DNA of 64,000 nucleotides from a virus (Duplodnaviria; Heunggongvirae; Uroviricota; Caudoviricetes): IMG/VR virus record IMGVR_UViG_2724679539_000005, positions 12,292 to 76,291 of that record; one strand, 5' to 3'. Shown piece by piece: positions 49,468 to 59,818 of this stretch (position 1 is its first letter; each line of letters starts with the position of its first letter). The notes under the pieces were generated by a model. It saw only the letters and a program-made list of their open reading frames with translations, ran no database searches and was not told where the DNA came from. The position numbers and the translations under genes were made by a program.

Positions 49468-49620
49468 ATGAAAAACATTGCAGCTATCAAACGTAATAAC
49501 CGCAAGATTCACGCTCGTAAGTTCCTGTCTACGCCAGAGGGAAAAGCCTGGCTAGAACGTAAACAGCGAGAGAACGAAGAAAGAAAACTCCTTAGTGAGT
49601 TGAAATGGCTTAAGGATTGA
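49468..49620 (+). CDS. hypothetical small basic protein (50 aa)
   Basis: ORF with a GAGG upstream of the ATG; below the track cutoff. Confidence 0.3.
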   Translation: MKNIAAIKRNNRKIHARKFLSTPEGKAWLERKQRENEERKLLSELKWLKD

Positions 49621-50239
49621 ATCACCAGTAGGCGCATAACACATCCAGCGATCAAAGATGTGTTTATGCACCTGATAGTGAAATTATTAAAGTCGTTTAG
49701 TTAACATCGCCATTGCTTGAGCAATAATTGCAACAGCGTCCATCTCTTCACTGGAAGCGATGCAAATGCGGTAACTAATAGCCACAACGAATACATCAAT
49801 AACGAGAAAGTGAATAGTGTGAAGATGTTTTGAAAGTAAATGCATAACTTCCTCCGGTTTGTAGATAGGAGGATTAGAACACGCATTAAATGATGTTGCA
49901 ACAATGGCAATTTACCCTAATAGTCTACTATTCACCTCAATCTACGTCAACCAATATTTGATGTGGATTTAATTTTCTTTTAAAAACAATATGTTGCTAT
50001 TTGTTGGGTTTTGGAGTTAGGTTGTTTTTTGGACGTTTCCATCAAGTGTAAAGATACGTCTAGCCTTCATAGTGAGTTCAGTTACTGTCTTTTTCTCTGA
50101 AATCGGCGCAAACGTGATCATCGCTTGAGGTTGCTGCTCTTACTTCTCAAATTGTGATGGAGAACGATAAAGGTTAGAGGGCACTTTTATTTTTTTAAGC
50201 AAGTGTATAGCATAAGAATAATCTAAAAAGGGAGGTTAT

Positions 50240-50791
50240 ATGCGCAGGTCTGCATTTGTGAGGATGATGATTTTTACAACGTTGTTTGTAGGGGGAGCTT
50301 CTACCGCAGTTGCTAAAAACTGCAAAAAAGGAATACCTTGTGGTAACTCGTGTATAGCTGTTGGTAAGACGTGCCGGATTGGCTCTTATGCCCCTTCATC
50401 TTATAAAAATCATTCATACTCTTATCCTTCATCCTCTATTCGAAGCTCGCAATCAAATAATTCACGAAAAACTGAAGGAGTGAAAACGACTCCTGCTGCC
50501 AAAAATTATCTTTGCCAATACTCTATTGCATCAATCGAAAACGGACGTTTAGGGGCATTACGTGTTCAGGGATACGCACAAGTAACTTTATATGCAGATA
50601 GCTTCAAGGCTAACAGATTAAATGGAACATATTTGATATCGCCAAAACTGTATGCTAACGGCAAGTTTATGATGGCAGATGATAAAAGCAAGGTTTATGC
50701 TTATGATTCTTGGCTATTAAATTTTGCAATAAGCGATCGTATCACAAGAACGACAGAACAATGGGATCGATGTAAGCTCAATCAAAAATAA
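50240..50791 (+). CDS. secreted protein with signal peptide and Cys motif (CKKGIPCGNSCIAVGKTC)
   Basis: N-terminal signal peptide (MRRSAFVRMMIFTTLFVGGASTAVA); GGAGG RBS; Tyr/Ser-rich linker. Confidence 0.55.
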   Translation: MRRSAFVRMMIFTTLFVGGASTAVAKNCKKGIPCGNSCIAVGKTCRIGSYAPSSYKNHSYSYPSSSIRSSQSNNSRKTEGVKTTPAAKNYLCQYSIASIENGRLGALRVQGYAQVTLYADSFKANRLNGTYLISPKLYANGKFMMADDKSKVYAYDSWLLNFAISDRITRTTEQWDRCKLNQK

Positions 50792-51539
50792 CAGTTAGAG
50801 AAGCTCTTGTAGAGGCATTATTGAGTTATTGGTTTTAATATTTTTGTGCCTCTATGGGCTTTTTTTGCCTTTTTGCAATGTAGGAGAGAGCACAGGAATC
50901 GTTAAAATTAATTATTGGGGTATTTAAGGTTATTTTCAGGTGATTTAAGGGTATTAAACTTGATTTAATTGGTTAAAATATAAACAGATAGTTCTGTATC
51001 TTATTGATTTATAAGGTTATTTTTAAATAAAGGTAAATAAAAAATAAATAGCTATAAATACATCTTAATACCTATATCCCTTCCCTTATGGCTAGATTGC
51101 GAGAGGTGCTTAACGCGATTTTCAGCGCCCCCCGATCTGGAAAATCCAGAATCCCCAAATATCAGCAAGGAATTTCTTGCACAATCAACATCGTTTTTAC
51201 CTATTAAATCATTACACAGAAAGCCTTTCTGTAATGCCTCTCACTAAACTTTCACTAAACACGAGAATGATCGGTTTTATGTCGGATCTGATGCTAGAAA
51301 CAGCACCACGTCTCACAAGGGCTGTAAGCGATGAAACCAGTGTTTATGCGGGTGCGGGTCAAAATATAGGCCAAAATCCATTTAACATAATAATCGTAAT
51401 ATGCACTAAGGAACACATAGAACGCCTTGAATTGATGTATCAGGGGAAAAGTGATGGATTTTTTACGTAGGAGCACGAGAGGGCTTCTGTTGACTTTTGT
51501 ATGTTATGAAATATAATTAAAGGTTTTTTTGTTTTTATC

Positions 51540-52700
51540 GTGTGATGTAGTGGATTACACAGGGGAATAGATTAAATGGTGTTCTGTTTATACAGGTTTA
51601 TTTGTTAGATCAACAATTTGGCATTTCTAAACAGATGTTTGAACGTTGCCAAATGTTTTGACAACACAAGAAAAGGGCTTGCTATGCCACGCATTACACG
51701 AAATAAGGCTATAAAAACAAAATAAATTTTAAAATTTGCACAAACGAGAGAACTCATTAAGAAACAAGCAGAACAATTTTTAGCCAACAATTTATGATGG
51801 TGTGTTGTAAGCCGCATTACACAAGGCTTTGCGAAAGTGATGTAAAAGTGAAGAAAGTAAGAATTGAACTTTTAAGCTACTTTTTCATTGAATTTTTAGT
51901 ATGGAATTACACAGGAATAAGTTAGGGATATTCTATGATTTACACAGGGAATATAGGGGGATTATGGCACACACATAGAAAGGCATTACACAGAGTGCTA
52001 TGTGACAAATGGATGTAACGAGAGGTTACATTCAGCTATCTGAAATGCTCTTTGTAAGAAAGTTGGTAGTAATGATATGTTACATAGACTAATTATTGAA
52101 TGTAACGATATTACACATCGGTAGTAACGATACGTTACATCGACAGATGATTGGATGTAACGAAAGGTTACACAATAAGACTATATTATTTATAATACTA
52201 AATAAAACTATATTAGATTATTAATTAGATCATAATAATATTCTTTATATCTATATATATGATCTTTTGCCTTCCGGCGTTAGCTTCACTCTCTGGCAAG
52301 CAGCCTTACTCCGCTACCTTTCGGGCTTCGTGGCTGGCCCGTTCCGCTCACACCGAAAGCAAAGCGTTACTTTCTTCGTGTAACTATCGTTGGCGGTAAC
52401 GCCCACGAAGAAATACTATTGCGCTGTGCGCAGAAGAGTAATCACCTAACCAATCATAGATTGCTTATGTGTTAACTCTCTCTACCTCTTAATTCCACTT
52501 CCTACATTTAATAACTCTCGTTATTCTCTGTAGTTGTGTAATTACTCGAAGAGAGAGCGGCTAAAGCTCAATTACACTCTGCTTTCCTCGTGTAATTTCA
52601 CTAAGCCTCAATACAATTCCGCTTCCTACATTCTGTAGTCGTGTAATTGTTTTCGGTGGAAAAGCCAGAGGCGACACCGAAAGAGAATTCTGATCTTATT
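51540..52700. repeat. dense non-coding repeat region: at least 12 copies of ATTACAC/GTGTAAT, five GTAACGA-N3-GTTACA palindromes, and longer direct repeats
   Basis: No ORF over about 1.9 kb (51500-53430). Palindromes GTAACGAGAGGTTACA, GTAACGATACGTTACA, GTAACGAAAGGTTACA between 52015 and 52170; direct repeats AATTCC(A/G)CTTCCTACATT...CTGTAGT(T/C)GTGTAATT at about 52490-52545 and 52615-52655; tandem GCGTTTTAGA x2 at 53165-53184. Confidence 0.7.
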
Positions 52701-53437
52701 AATCTTATCTATCTTAGTTAATCTTCTTACTTATCTTACTTACTTTATCTACTTTATTATTAATAATAGCTTTATAAGCTCTGTGTAGCTCTCTGACGCA
52801 AGAAACAGAGTTCAGGAAGGGAATCACCTTAGAAAAGTGTTCTTTGCGTCATAATGTGTTTTATGAAGGATTCAGAGGTGTTTCATAACAGAGATGTATA
52901 GAGGATACTTTAATTAATTAAAAATAAGGGGTCTAAATGCTTCTCTAACAGCATTAAGCAGGGTAGGGAATGGAAACGCATTGTCTACATATAATAAGCT
53001 CACTACAGAGCTTTACAGAGCGTTTTATAAAGTGACTCTCTATCTTATATCTACCATCACCTTTTCATATACCTACCAAATACAAAATAAGCTCCTTAAA
53101 TAAGCCTATGGCGAGCTAAACAGCCATTACATAAGGGAATGTATTGCTTTTATCAAAACTTCGTTAGAACGCGTTTTAGAGCGTTTTAGACAATAATGAA
53201 GAATAGCACTACATAGAAGAGCACGAATAGCTAAGAAAAAATGTAAGTGCATGAAAAAGATCAGATTTTTTATGAAAAGGTATTGACAAACGTCTCTTTC
53301 TGTGCAATAATAGGTATTAGAGGGGACAGGAATAGATTCTTATCCTCTAAATAATTAAACCAATGCACCGCACTTTGAAGCCCAAGGCTTGCAAGGTGTC
53401 TTTTTCTTTTAACCAAATAGAATAAGGAGGCTAATTA

Positions 53438-53613
53438 ATGAAATATTTCACTCCACAGGATGTAGTAGAAGCCTGGAAACGTGGTGAGATCAACCGCTTT
53501 AAAGTAAGGATGTATAGAAACACCGCTCGCCGTTGTGGTTATCCAGAGCGTGAAAAATGTTTTGACGATGCACTGAAAATTATTGATGAACTGCGTAAAG
53601 CTGAGAAAGAATA
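53438..53613 (+). CDS. hypothetical small protein (58 aa)
   Basis: AAGGAGG RBS 7 nt upstream of the ATG; first gene after the repeat region. Confidence 0.4.
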
Positions 53614-53636
53614 ATAGACAAGAGAAGGAGAAAACT

Positions 53637-53804
53637 ATGAGCGAAACTAAGAAACCAATTCCGCGCACTTACCTACACGTTGACCCTGAAATCTTCAAGG
53701 TTTTATTTGCTGAAGCCAAGAAAAGGCAAATTATGGTCAGTGATTTGATGTTAGAAATCATTACTGAAGCAGCAGAGAACATCAAACAAAAAAAGGGTAA
53801 GTGA
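53637..53804 (+). CDS. putative ribbon-helix-helix DNA-binding protein (55 aa)
   Basis: GAAGGAG RBS; beta-strand then two-helix pattern (RTYLHVDPEIFKVLFAEAKKRQIMVSDLMLEII). Confidence 0.4.
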   Translation: MSETKKPIPRTYLHVDPEIFKVLFAEAKKRQIMVSDLMLEIITEAAENIKQKKGK

Positions 53805-53857
53805 TCCTCATTCACTTTAGTAGCGCATTAAGCGTGATTTATAAGGAGATGATTCTA

Positions 53858-54511
53858 ATGTCTAAAATTAAATTGATTCGTGAAAAATACCAGTATGTTG
53901 ATAAACAAACAGGAGAAATTAAAGACCGAACTTTGAATATACCGCATTACTTTTGTGAGATTGAATTTATCTATTCCTCAAGTGTTGATGGTGGAAAAGT
54001 TAAGTTTAGTGCAGAAATGCAAAAATTATATTGCTATGTTTCAGATTGGGAGAAATCAGGGGGGATATGTTTTGAAACACAAACGAAGTTAAGTAAAGTT
54101 TGTGGCTGTAGCCGTAAGACAGTTAATGAACTGATTGGTCTTATGATTAAAATCGGTCTTTTAGAAGAGGTCGGAGAACGAATTCCAAAACGTCCTTTAA
54201 AATTACGTGCGCTACCTCTCACAGATGCACATATTACTCCCCCAGGAGAATCATCACTCTCTGATCTTTCTGAGGCAGAAGAAGCCCAGACACAACAAGA
54301 AGCTACTGTTAAAGCTGTTCCTGAACAGCTTCCCCCTACAGAAGATAATAAAGAGTCTTCTTTTGATGTTCTTGATGATTGGGATGCGCCTTTGCCGTGG
54401 GAGACGGAAGAAACACCTGTTTCATCAAGTGAAAAGGTAGCTAATGATAATGAGGCATATTTTTCTAAGCATTACCCAAATGTGTATGAAGACTTTGATC
54501 TTCCCTTTTAA
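53858..54511 (+). CDS. hypothetical protein with central HTH-like segment and acidic C-terminal tail (possible replication/regulatory protein)
   Basis: AAGGAG RBS 9 nt upstream; HTH-like TQTKLSKVCGCSRKTVNELIGLMIKIGLLEE; acidic tail DDWDAPLPWETEE. Confidence 0.4.
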   Translation: MSKIKLIREKYQYVDKQTGEIKDRTLNIPHYFCEIEFIYSSSVDGGKVKFSAEMQKLYCYVSDWEKSGGICFETQTKLSKVCGCSRKTVNELIGLMIKIGLLEEVGERIPKRPLKLRALPLTDAHITPPGESSLSDLSEAEEAQTQQEATVKAVPEQLPPTEDNKESSFDVLDDWDAPLPWETEETPVSSSEKVANDNEAYFSKHYPNVYEDFDLPF

Positions 54512-54527
54512 TAAGTAAGGAGGACTA

Positions 54528-54806
54528 TTGATACAGTATTTAATAAAAAGCAAAGTAGACAGAATTCAGTGTAATGACACAGGAAAACGCATCTACGAAA
54601 CACTTGCTTACCTCTATAAAGGAAAGCCAACACCGCTAAAATATAGCGATGTGTTACACCGAGCAGCTTGCTCTGAAGCTGGTTTAAAATTCTGGCTGAA
54701 ACAGCTATCAAACTTCGGTGTTATAGAGATTAAAGAATTATCTTTCTCTACATTCAATCTCAAAAGACTAAATAGAGAAATAGACTTCATCTATTCCACT
54801 CTCTAA
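54528..54806 (+). CDS. hypothetical protein (92 aa)
   Basis: ORF in the + strand gene series; no family recognised. Confidence 0.35.
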   Translation: MIQYLIKSKVDRIQCNDTGKRIYETLAYLYKGKPTPLKYSDVLHRAACSEAGLKFWLKQLSNFGVIEIKELSFSTFNLKRLNREIDFIYSTL

Positions 54807-54938
54807 AATCTCTCTATGTAATTAAAATATAAAAGGAAAACATTATTATGATAGTAGCTATGTATTGGTTATTGTTCTTTCTCACGTTAGAAACATATTT
54901 CGGGGTGTTTTCCTTTAAAAGAAAAGGAAAAGTAAATA

Positions 54939-55346
54939 ATGGCAAAAAGAAAAAACAACGTTGTTAAGAAGATCGGTGATTCAGCTTCTCTTCTAAGTAA
55001 ACCTAAATCTATTCTAAGACGCAAAGACTTTAAAGAGCTAGTTACGCTCTCCAAGCAAAATAGCGCCCCTGGCGAATGGAAAACAGAGATCATAGAACAT
55101 TCTCCCTCTGTGCCTTGTGGAGATGAATTTAACGCCTTGCAAGAAATCTTATCTTCAACACCTGGCGTATTCTGGAAACCTAGAAAAAGAAAAGAGTATA
55201 TTGTTGATAGCTCTGATTTACGCAAATACCAGATTTTAGGATTTGAAGATTATAATCACTACGTCGGTTATCTCGCCACCAATGGCCTAAATAATTTAGT
55301 TCCTGACCAAATTTTAGATAATGCTGATCACTATGGAGACTTTTAA
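54939..55346 (+). CDS. hypothetical protein (135 aa) with basic N-terminus
   Basis: MAKRKNNVVKK N-terminus; no family recognised. Confidence 0.4.
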   Translation: MAKRKNNVVKKIGDSASLLSKPKSILRRKDFKELVTLSKQNSAPGEWKTEIIEHSPSVPCGDEFNALQEILSSTPGVFWKPRKRKEYIVDSSDLRKYQILGFEDYNHYVGYLATNGLNNLVPDQILDNADHYGDF

Positions 55347-55347
55347 T

Positions 55348-55686
55348 ATGAACAAAAACACGTATGACACAATTTATTCACTAATTAATTATTATGAGGA
55401 TGATTACCTCCTGCCTTTAAACCGCGCTGAACTTGAAGCATACAAAGAAAACACGCCAGCGGCACTAAATGAGGCGTTTAAACACTGGGATTTAGCTGTG
55501 AATGCCTTTGAGCACCTCTCTAAGCGTGTAGAGATGCTCTGTAAGAGTGAGAACGCATATCTGACAGCGGATCAGATATGGGAGCTATCAAACTGGATAG
55601 AAGGTATTTACTCGGACGTTCGCTATGTAGGAGACGGACTTGTTGAACTAGCTCAACGCTTAGGCGCTACTATCACAGAAGAATAA
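55348..55686 (+). CDS. hypothetical protein (112 aa)
   Basis: GGAG RBS 9 nt upstream of the ATG at 55348. Confidence 0.4.
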   Translation: MNKNTYDTIYSLINYYEDDYLLPLNRAELEAYKENTPAALNEAFKHWDLAVNAFEHLSKRVEMLCKSENAYLTADQIWELSNWIEGIYSDVRYVGDGLVELAQRLGATITEE

Positions 55687-55715
55687 AAAAAGCAACAAAA
55701 AAGTTGTAAAATATC

Positions 55716-55744
55716 TTGACATTTCATCTATTGTATGTTAATAT
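55716..55744 (+). promoter_or_regulatory. near-consensus sigma70 promoter (TTGACA-17 bp-TAATAT)
   Basis: TTGACA at 55716-55721, 17-bp spacer, TAATAT at 55739-55744; followed by hairpins (GGGGAG...CTCCCC at about 55812-55835; terminator-like AAGGCGGC..GCTGCCTT then T-run at about 55938-55970). Confidence 0.5.
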
Positions 55745-56029
55745 AATTATATAGGGGTGATTATTTTTCCTTTATTGGTTCGATATTAAAAATTCTTCCT
55801 GTCATTAAAGGGGAGTAAATCTCCGCTCCCCGCTTCTCCTCCTCCTTAAGTGTCATTATTACCTCTTTTTTCCTTTGTTATGCATACATCTTGGAGTATG
55901 CATAACATAGGGTAATTACATAGGTATGAGTTAATAAAAGGCGGCTTTAAATGCTGCCTTTTATTTTGCCCGTTATGCAACTTAAAAGTTGTATTTCTTA
56001 CTTTAAACAAGGTAACAAGGTTTATATAA

Positions 56030-56242
56030 ATGTTGTTCTTAAATGATAAAGAGCAAATCATCAAGTATAAAGATGAAATGCTGAAAATTAATCCACAAAT
56101 TACCGAAATGGTAGCTAAATACGCTGGGTGTTCTGTCGAAGAAGTGGAACGAAGTGTTGAAAAATATTTTTCTCCTTCTTCTCCGTCTACACCTTCCCTT
56201 AATGAATTAATCAAATTAAAAGCTAAGGAGATTACTAAATGA
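56030..56242 (+). CDS. hypothetical small protein (70 aa)
   Basis: First ORF of the downstream operon. Confidence 0.4.
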   Translation: MLFLNDKEQIIKYKDEMLKINPQITEMVAKYAGCSVEEVERSVEKYFSPSSPSTPSLNELIKLKAKEITK

Positions 56243-56607
56243 TTATTGATTTAGACACTCTGTTTCCAGGTCGAAATCGAAAGACTTTCACAGATATTGT
56301 AAGTTATTGTACTGATCCGTTTGCCTCTGTAGAAAACAAGGTTTTTGCTTCTCTTCCTGCTGATGTTGAATGCGGCGACTTGATCACCAGCACGGGCGCT
56401 AAATATGAATCAGGAGATGATATCTATGTTGTTATGAGTGAATTTGTAACGGCTGGAGAAAACAAGCCTGTAGATGTTTTACGTAGCAATGCTGGGCTTG
56501 TATGCATCAAAGCTGATGCGCTGAATGCTGTAAGTGAAGCAGCAAAAACAGCATTAATTAAAAAAGGCTTTCAGCTTGAAGGCTTTAATACGGTTTTCAC
56601 TTCTTAA
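56239..56607 (+). CDS. hypothetical protein (122 aa)
   Basis: Start overlaps the preceding stop. Confidence 0.45.
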   Translation: MIIDLDTLFPGRNRKTFTDIVSYCTDPFASVENKVFASLPADVECGDLITSTGAKYESGDDIYVVMSEFVTAGENKPVDVLRSNAGLVCIKADALNAVSEAAKTALIKKGFQLEGFNTVFTS

Positions 56608-56625
56608 TAAAAGGAATAATAATAA

Positions 56626-57663
56626 ATGATTCTAGGTAATGATTACGTTGATTTAGCTCCTTTGTTCTCTGCGCATAGCACTAGAAATTATCTGCTTTCT
56701 ACTCTTGATTTTACTGATCCGGTGGGCGTTAGTTCTCATAAAGTAGCTGTTTCCCAGCTTGTCGAAAGCAACGAATCTCTCTTTAACAAAGAAACCTCTC
56801 GTTTCTCTTCTGAACACAACGTTACTAAGCGAGAACAAGGTAAAGAATGGCTGATTGAAATCCCTTACTTCCTGCGTGAAGATGTGATCCGTCCTTCTGA
56901 TGTTCAAGGCAAGCGTAAGCCTGGCACTGATTTTCAGGAAACACTCACTGATATTTATGCGGAATATATCGCTAAACACCACGTAGCGTATCAGCGCACT
57001 AAAGAGAGCGTGCTGGCGGCTTCTTTGTTCTCTGGCAAAACTTACACGCCTAAAACTGATGATGTGTTAATTGAGTGGGGCAAGCTGTTTAACGTATCAG
57101 CTATGAAAGCCACTGTGAACGCTTCCAGCACTGACACCACGAAGATTTTTAAAGAATTTGATCAGATTGCTACTGACATTATCGAGAAAGCACAAAGCCA
57201 GGCGGCTGCTGTAGAGCGTATTGTTGTTTTCTGTAAGCCGGAAGCCTTCTCTGCAATTCGATTCTCTGCGGGTATGGCAAACGCATTCCAGTATGTAAGC
57301 CCACTGGAAGAGGGGAACGTTGTGTATCAGCGTCGTGACCTGCTGCCAGGGGTGACAGCGTTCACTATTCCAGGAACTAACATTGATGTTGTTAAACTGG
57401 TAGATCCGCTACATCTTGCACATATGACCGCAGACGCTGTAGCGGTTCCTAAGTTTGCTAAAGGCTCTAACGTATATCAGAACATCTACGGGGCAGCTTC
57501 CAGCACCTTTGAACTGATTAATGCCGCTCCTGCTGAGGTGTATAGCTATAGCTATGAATCTTCTCGTGGTGATGCTGTTAACGTTGTTACAGAGAATAGC
57601 CAGATGGTTGTAAACCACGGCGTTGGCTTCTCCGTTCAAATCACTGTTAAAATATTATTTTAA
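56626..57663 (+). CDS. hypothetical protein (345 aa); a capsid-like structural role is speculative
   Basis: Abundant protein-like composition (Ala/Val/Ser-rich, few Cys); no Walker motif. Confidence 0.5.
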   Translation: MILGNDYVDLAPLFSAHSTRNYLLSTLDFTDPVGVSSHKVAVSQLVESNESLFNKETSRFSSEHNVTKREQGKEWLIEIPYFLREDVIRPSDVQGKRKPGTDFQETLTDIYAEYIAKHHVAYQRTKESVLAASLFSGKTYTPKTDDVLIEWGKLFNVSAMKATVNASSTDTTKIFKEFDQIATDIIEKAQSQAAAVERIVVFCKPEAFSAIRFSAGMANAFQYVSPLEEGNVVYQRRDLLPGVTAFTIPGTNIDVVKLVDPLHLAHMTADAVAVPKFAKGSNVYQNIYGAASSTFELINAAPAEVYSYSYESSRGDAVNVVTENSQMVVNHGVGFSVQITVKILF

Positions 57664-57744
57664 CGTGTATTAGAGGCGTGGCGTGTATTCACGCTTCGCC
57701 TTTTTTTATTTATTTATTTTTAAATTTTGAGAGGTGATTAAAAT

Positions 57745-57942
57745 ATGGAAGTGATTTTGAAATCAAAAAATGGTGTACACGTACATTTAGATGCTAATGA
57801 TTCTAGAGGCTTGTTAAATCTGAAATATCTATGTTCTCTCTTGGATGTTCCCTATGAAGGCGTAAAAGCCCGTATGTTCAGATTAAACGAGAGTATTGAT
57901 CAGGCTCTACACCATTTCTTAAGTAAAGAAGGTGGTAAATGA
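57745..57942 (+). CDS. hypothetical small protein (65 aa)
   Basis: ORF between the 345-aa and 608-aa genes. Confidence 0.35.
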   Translation: MEVILKSKNGVHVHLDANDSRGLLNLKYLCSLLDVPYEGVKARMFRLNESIDQALHHFLSKEGGK

Positions 57943-57960
57943 TTAATAAGGGGATTTTAA

Positions 57961-59787
57961 ATGTTAGAAATTAACACTTCTAAAATTAAGAACACAGTAA
58001 CATTTAGTGTAGATAAAGACAGCTTAAAAAAAGCGAAAGACTCTATTACAGGCTTAAAGGAATTCGCAGAGAATATCAAGCCAGCTAAATTAAGATTTGA
58101 TACTGTCACTAAAGGCTATAAGAAAGCACAAAGTGAAGTAGACAAGATTGCTCAACAGAAAGCTAAAACCGAAAAACAGAATCAAAGAGCACAAGCTGCC
58201 GCAGCAAGAGCACAGGCAAGGCAACAGGCACAAATAGCAGCACGCAGTGAGAAGGCAGCCTTAAAACTGTTAGACGTTGGATCAAGCATTAGTGCAATGC
58301 ACCGCCTTTCTGTAGCTGAACAATATAAAGCTATTGCACAGGCTAGAGAGATAGCAAAACAATATGAGCAAGGGGCTATCAGCCTGGCACGTATGAACAG
58401 CCAAATGAAACGCCTACAACAGCAACAACGTAAGATTAATGGCCACAGAAAAACACAATTAGCCCCCGTTAAGGGAGGATCAGGGAATTCCGCCACTATG
58501 GGCGCTCTGTTATTTGGAGGCGCTACAGCGGCTGCTGGCGTGATGGCTGTTAGTAGAGCGTCGGAGTTTGTTAGTAACAGTTTCGCTAACGCAGAGACCC
58601 AAGGGGAGCTAATTCAACGTGCCAAGCTGGGCGGTGTAGACGTTAACCAGATGTATAATATTACAGAATGGGCGTATAGAAACGGCGTTGACTCTATGAT
58701 GGGTGATCAAGGGGCTAGGAAATACCTGGATCAGATGAAAGATGTTAGGGAACGTGCCGCAAAATCTTACAGTGAAGCTGAATTAGTGAAAGACAAGAAA
58801 GGAAAATCTGAATGGAAAGGCGGTGATAACGCTATTAATGAACTTCTAAACATCGGAGTTATTAACAAGAGCGACCTTAAAAAATTTGCTGATAATCCGG
58901 CTGGATTAATTTCTAAGGCTGTTAATGGAATGATGAAAAAAGGGTTTTCAGACTCCCAAATTGGACAACGTTTAGAAGACCTGGGCGATGATTTGATGCT
59001 TACGTCAAAATATTGGCAACGTTCCGTTAAAGATGTACAAGAAAGTATTAACCAGCAAAAAGCCTCTGGAAAATGGCTAACAGAAACACAGCAAGAATCT
59101 ATCGTTAAATTCAGAGAACTAAACAGACAGCTTTCACAGCTTTCTGATGCAAGACAAGTAGCATTTGTAGACGGCTTTATGAAGTCTCTCGATCCAAAAG
59201 TAACGGAAGAGTTTATGAAAAACCTTTCTAATCTCACTCCGTATTTTACAAAGCTGGGAGAAGCTACAGGAAGTCTCTTTGAAGCTATTATGAAGATTGT
59301 AAACTGGTTTAATCGTAATGATGATAAGACGGAAGCTATTCAGAAAAATATGGGGGATGCACCGCCTTTGAGTAATGATGGAATGAAACAAAATCTTTCT
59401 GATCTCGTTCCTGAACAATATAAAGGCGCTGGCACTGCAACAACTACACCTGATAATAGTCATTCTCTCTTTAACACGATTAAGGGATTGCTTTTCGATG
59501 ATAATTCTTCTGTGTCAGATGTAAAAATGTCAGTCAATGAAGCACCGATAACCAATCTCAAACAGGGTGCTTTAAATAATCTTGCAATGACAACTCCAGC
59601 TTATAATTTATCTCCTGTGTTTAATCTGAATCCTACATTTGAAGTGGTAACAGAAGTTCCTCTTACTATTAATTCAGACACATCAAGATTAAGCGATTAT
59701 GTGGATTTTACAGCGAGAGCAAGTCGGGATAGCTTCTTGAAATCATTAACATTAACCAGCTTGTCAGGACAATCTAACGGCGGGTAA
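57961..59787 (+). CDS. 608-aa coiled-coil protein with central Gly/Ala-rich hydrophobic segment (tape-measure-like or pilot-like)
   Basis: Long Ala/Gln/Lys-rich helical N-terminus; hydrophobic GALLFGGATAAAGVMAV segment; no enzymatic motif. Confidence 0.55.
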   Translation: MLEINTSKIKNTVTFSVDKDSLKKAKDSITGLKEFAENIKPAKLRFDTVTKGYKKAQSEVDKIAQQKAKTEKQNQRAQAAAARAQARQQAQIAARSEKAALKLLDVGSSISAMHRLSVAEQYKAIAQAREIAKQYEQGAISLARMNSQMKRLQQQQRKINGHRKTQLAPVKGGSGNSATMGALLFGGATAAAGVMAVSRASEFVSNSFANAETQGELIQRAKLGGVDVNQMYNITEWAYRNGVDSMMGDQGARKYLDQMKDVRERAAKSYSEAELVKDKKGKSEWKGGDNAINELLNIGVINKSDLKKFADNPAGLISKAVNGMMKKGFSDSQIGQRLEDLGDDLMLTSKYWQRSVKDVQESINQQKASGKWLTETQQESIVKFRELNRQLSQLSDARQVAFVDGFMKSLDPKVTEEFMKNLSNLTPYFTKLGEATGSLFEAIMKIVNWFNRNDDKTEAIQKNMGDAPPLSNDGMKQNLSDLVPEQYKGAGTATTTPDNSHSLFNTIKGLLFDDNSSVSDVKMSVNEAPITNLKQGALNNLAMTTPAYNLSPVFNLNPTFEVVTEVPLTINSDTSRLSDYVDFTARASRDSFLKSLTLTSLSGQSNGG

Positions 59788-59818
59788 TTCCCGCCATAAC
59801 ATTACAAGGAAAATTATT

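Noticed and set aside
49693-49910. 69-aa minus-strand ORF, or a 52-aa alternative with GGAGG RBS
   Set aside because: Hydrophobic, low-complexity translation in a very AT-rich region; it could be a small toxin-like peptide but the evidence is too weak to call.
51540-52700. Possible CRISPR array
   Set aside because: The repeats are short (7-17 bp), irregularly spaced and partly palindromic; there are no uniform repeat-spacer units and no cas genes nearby.
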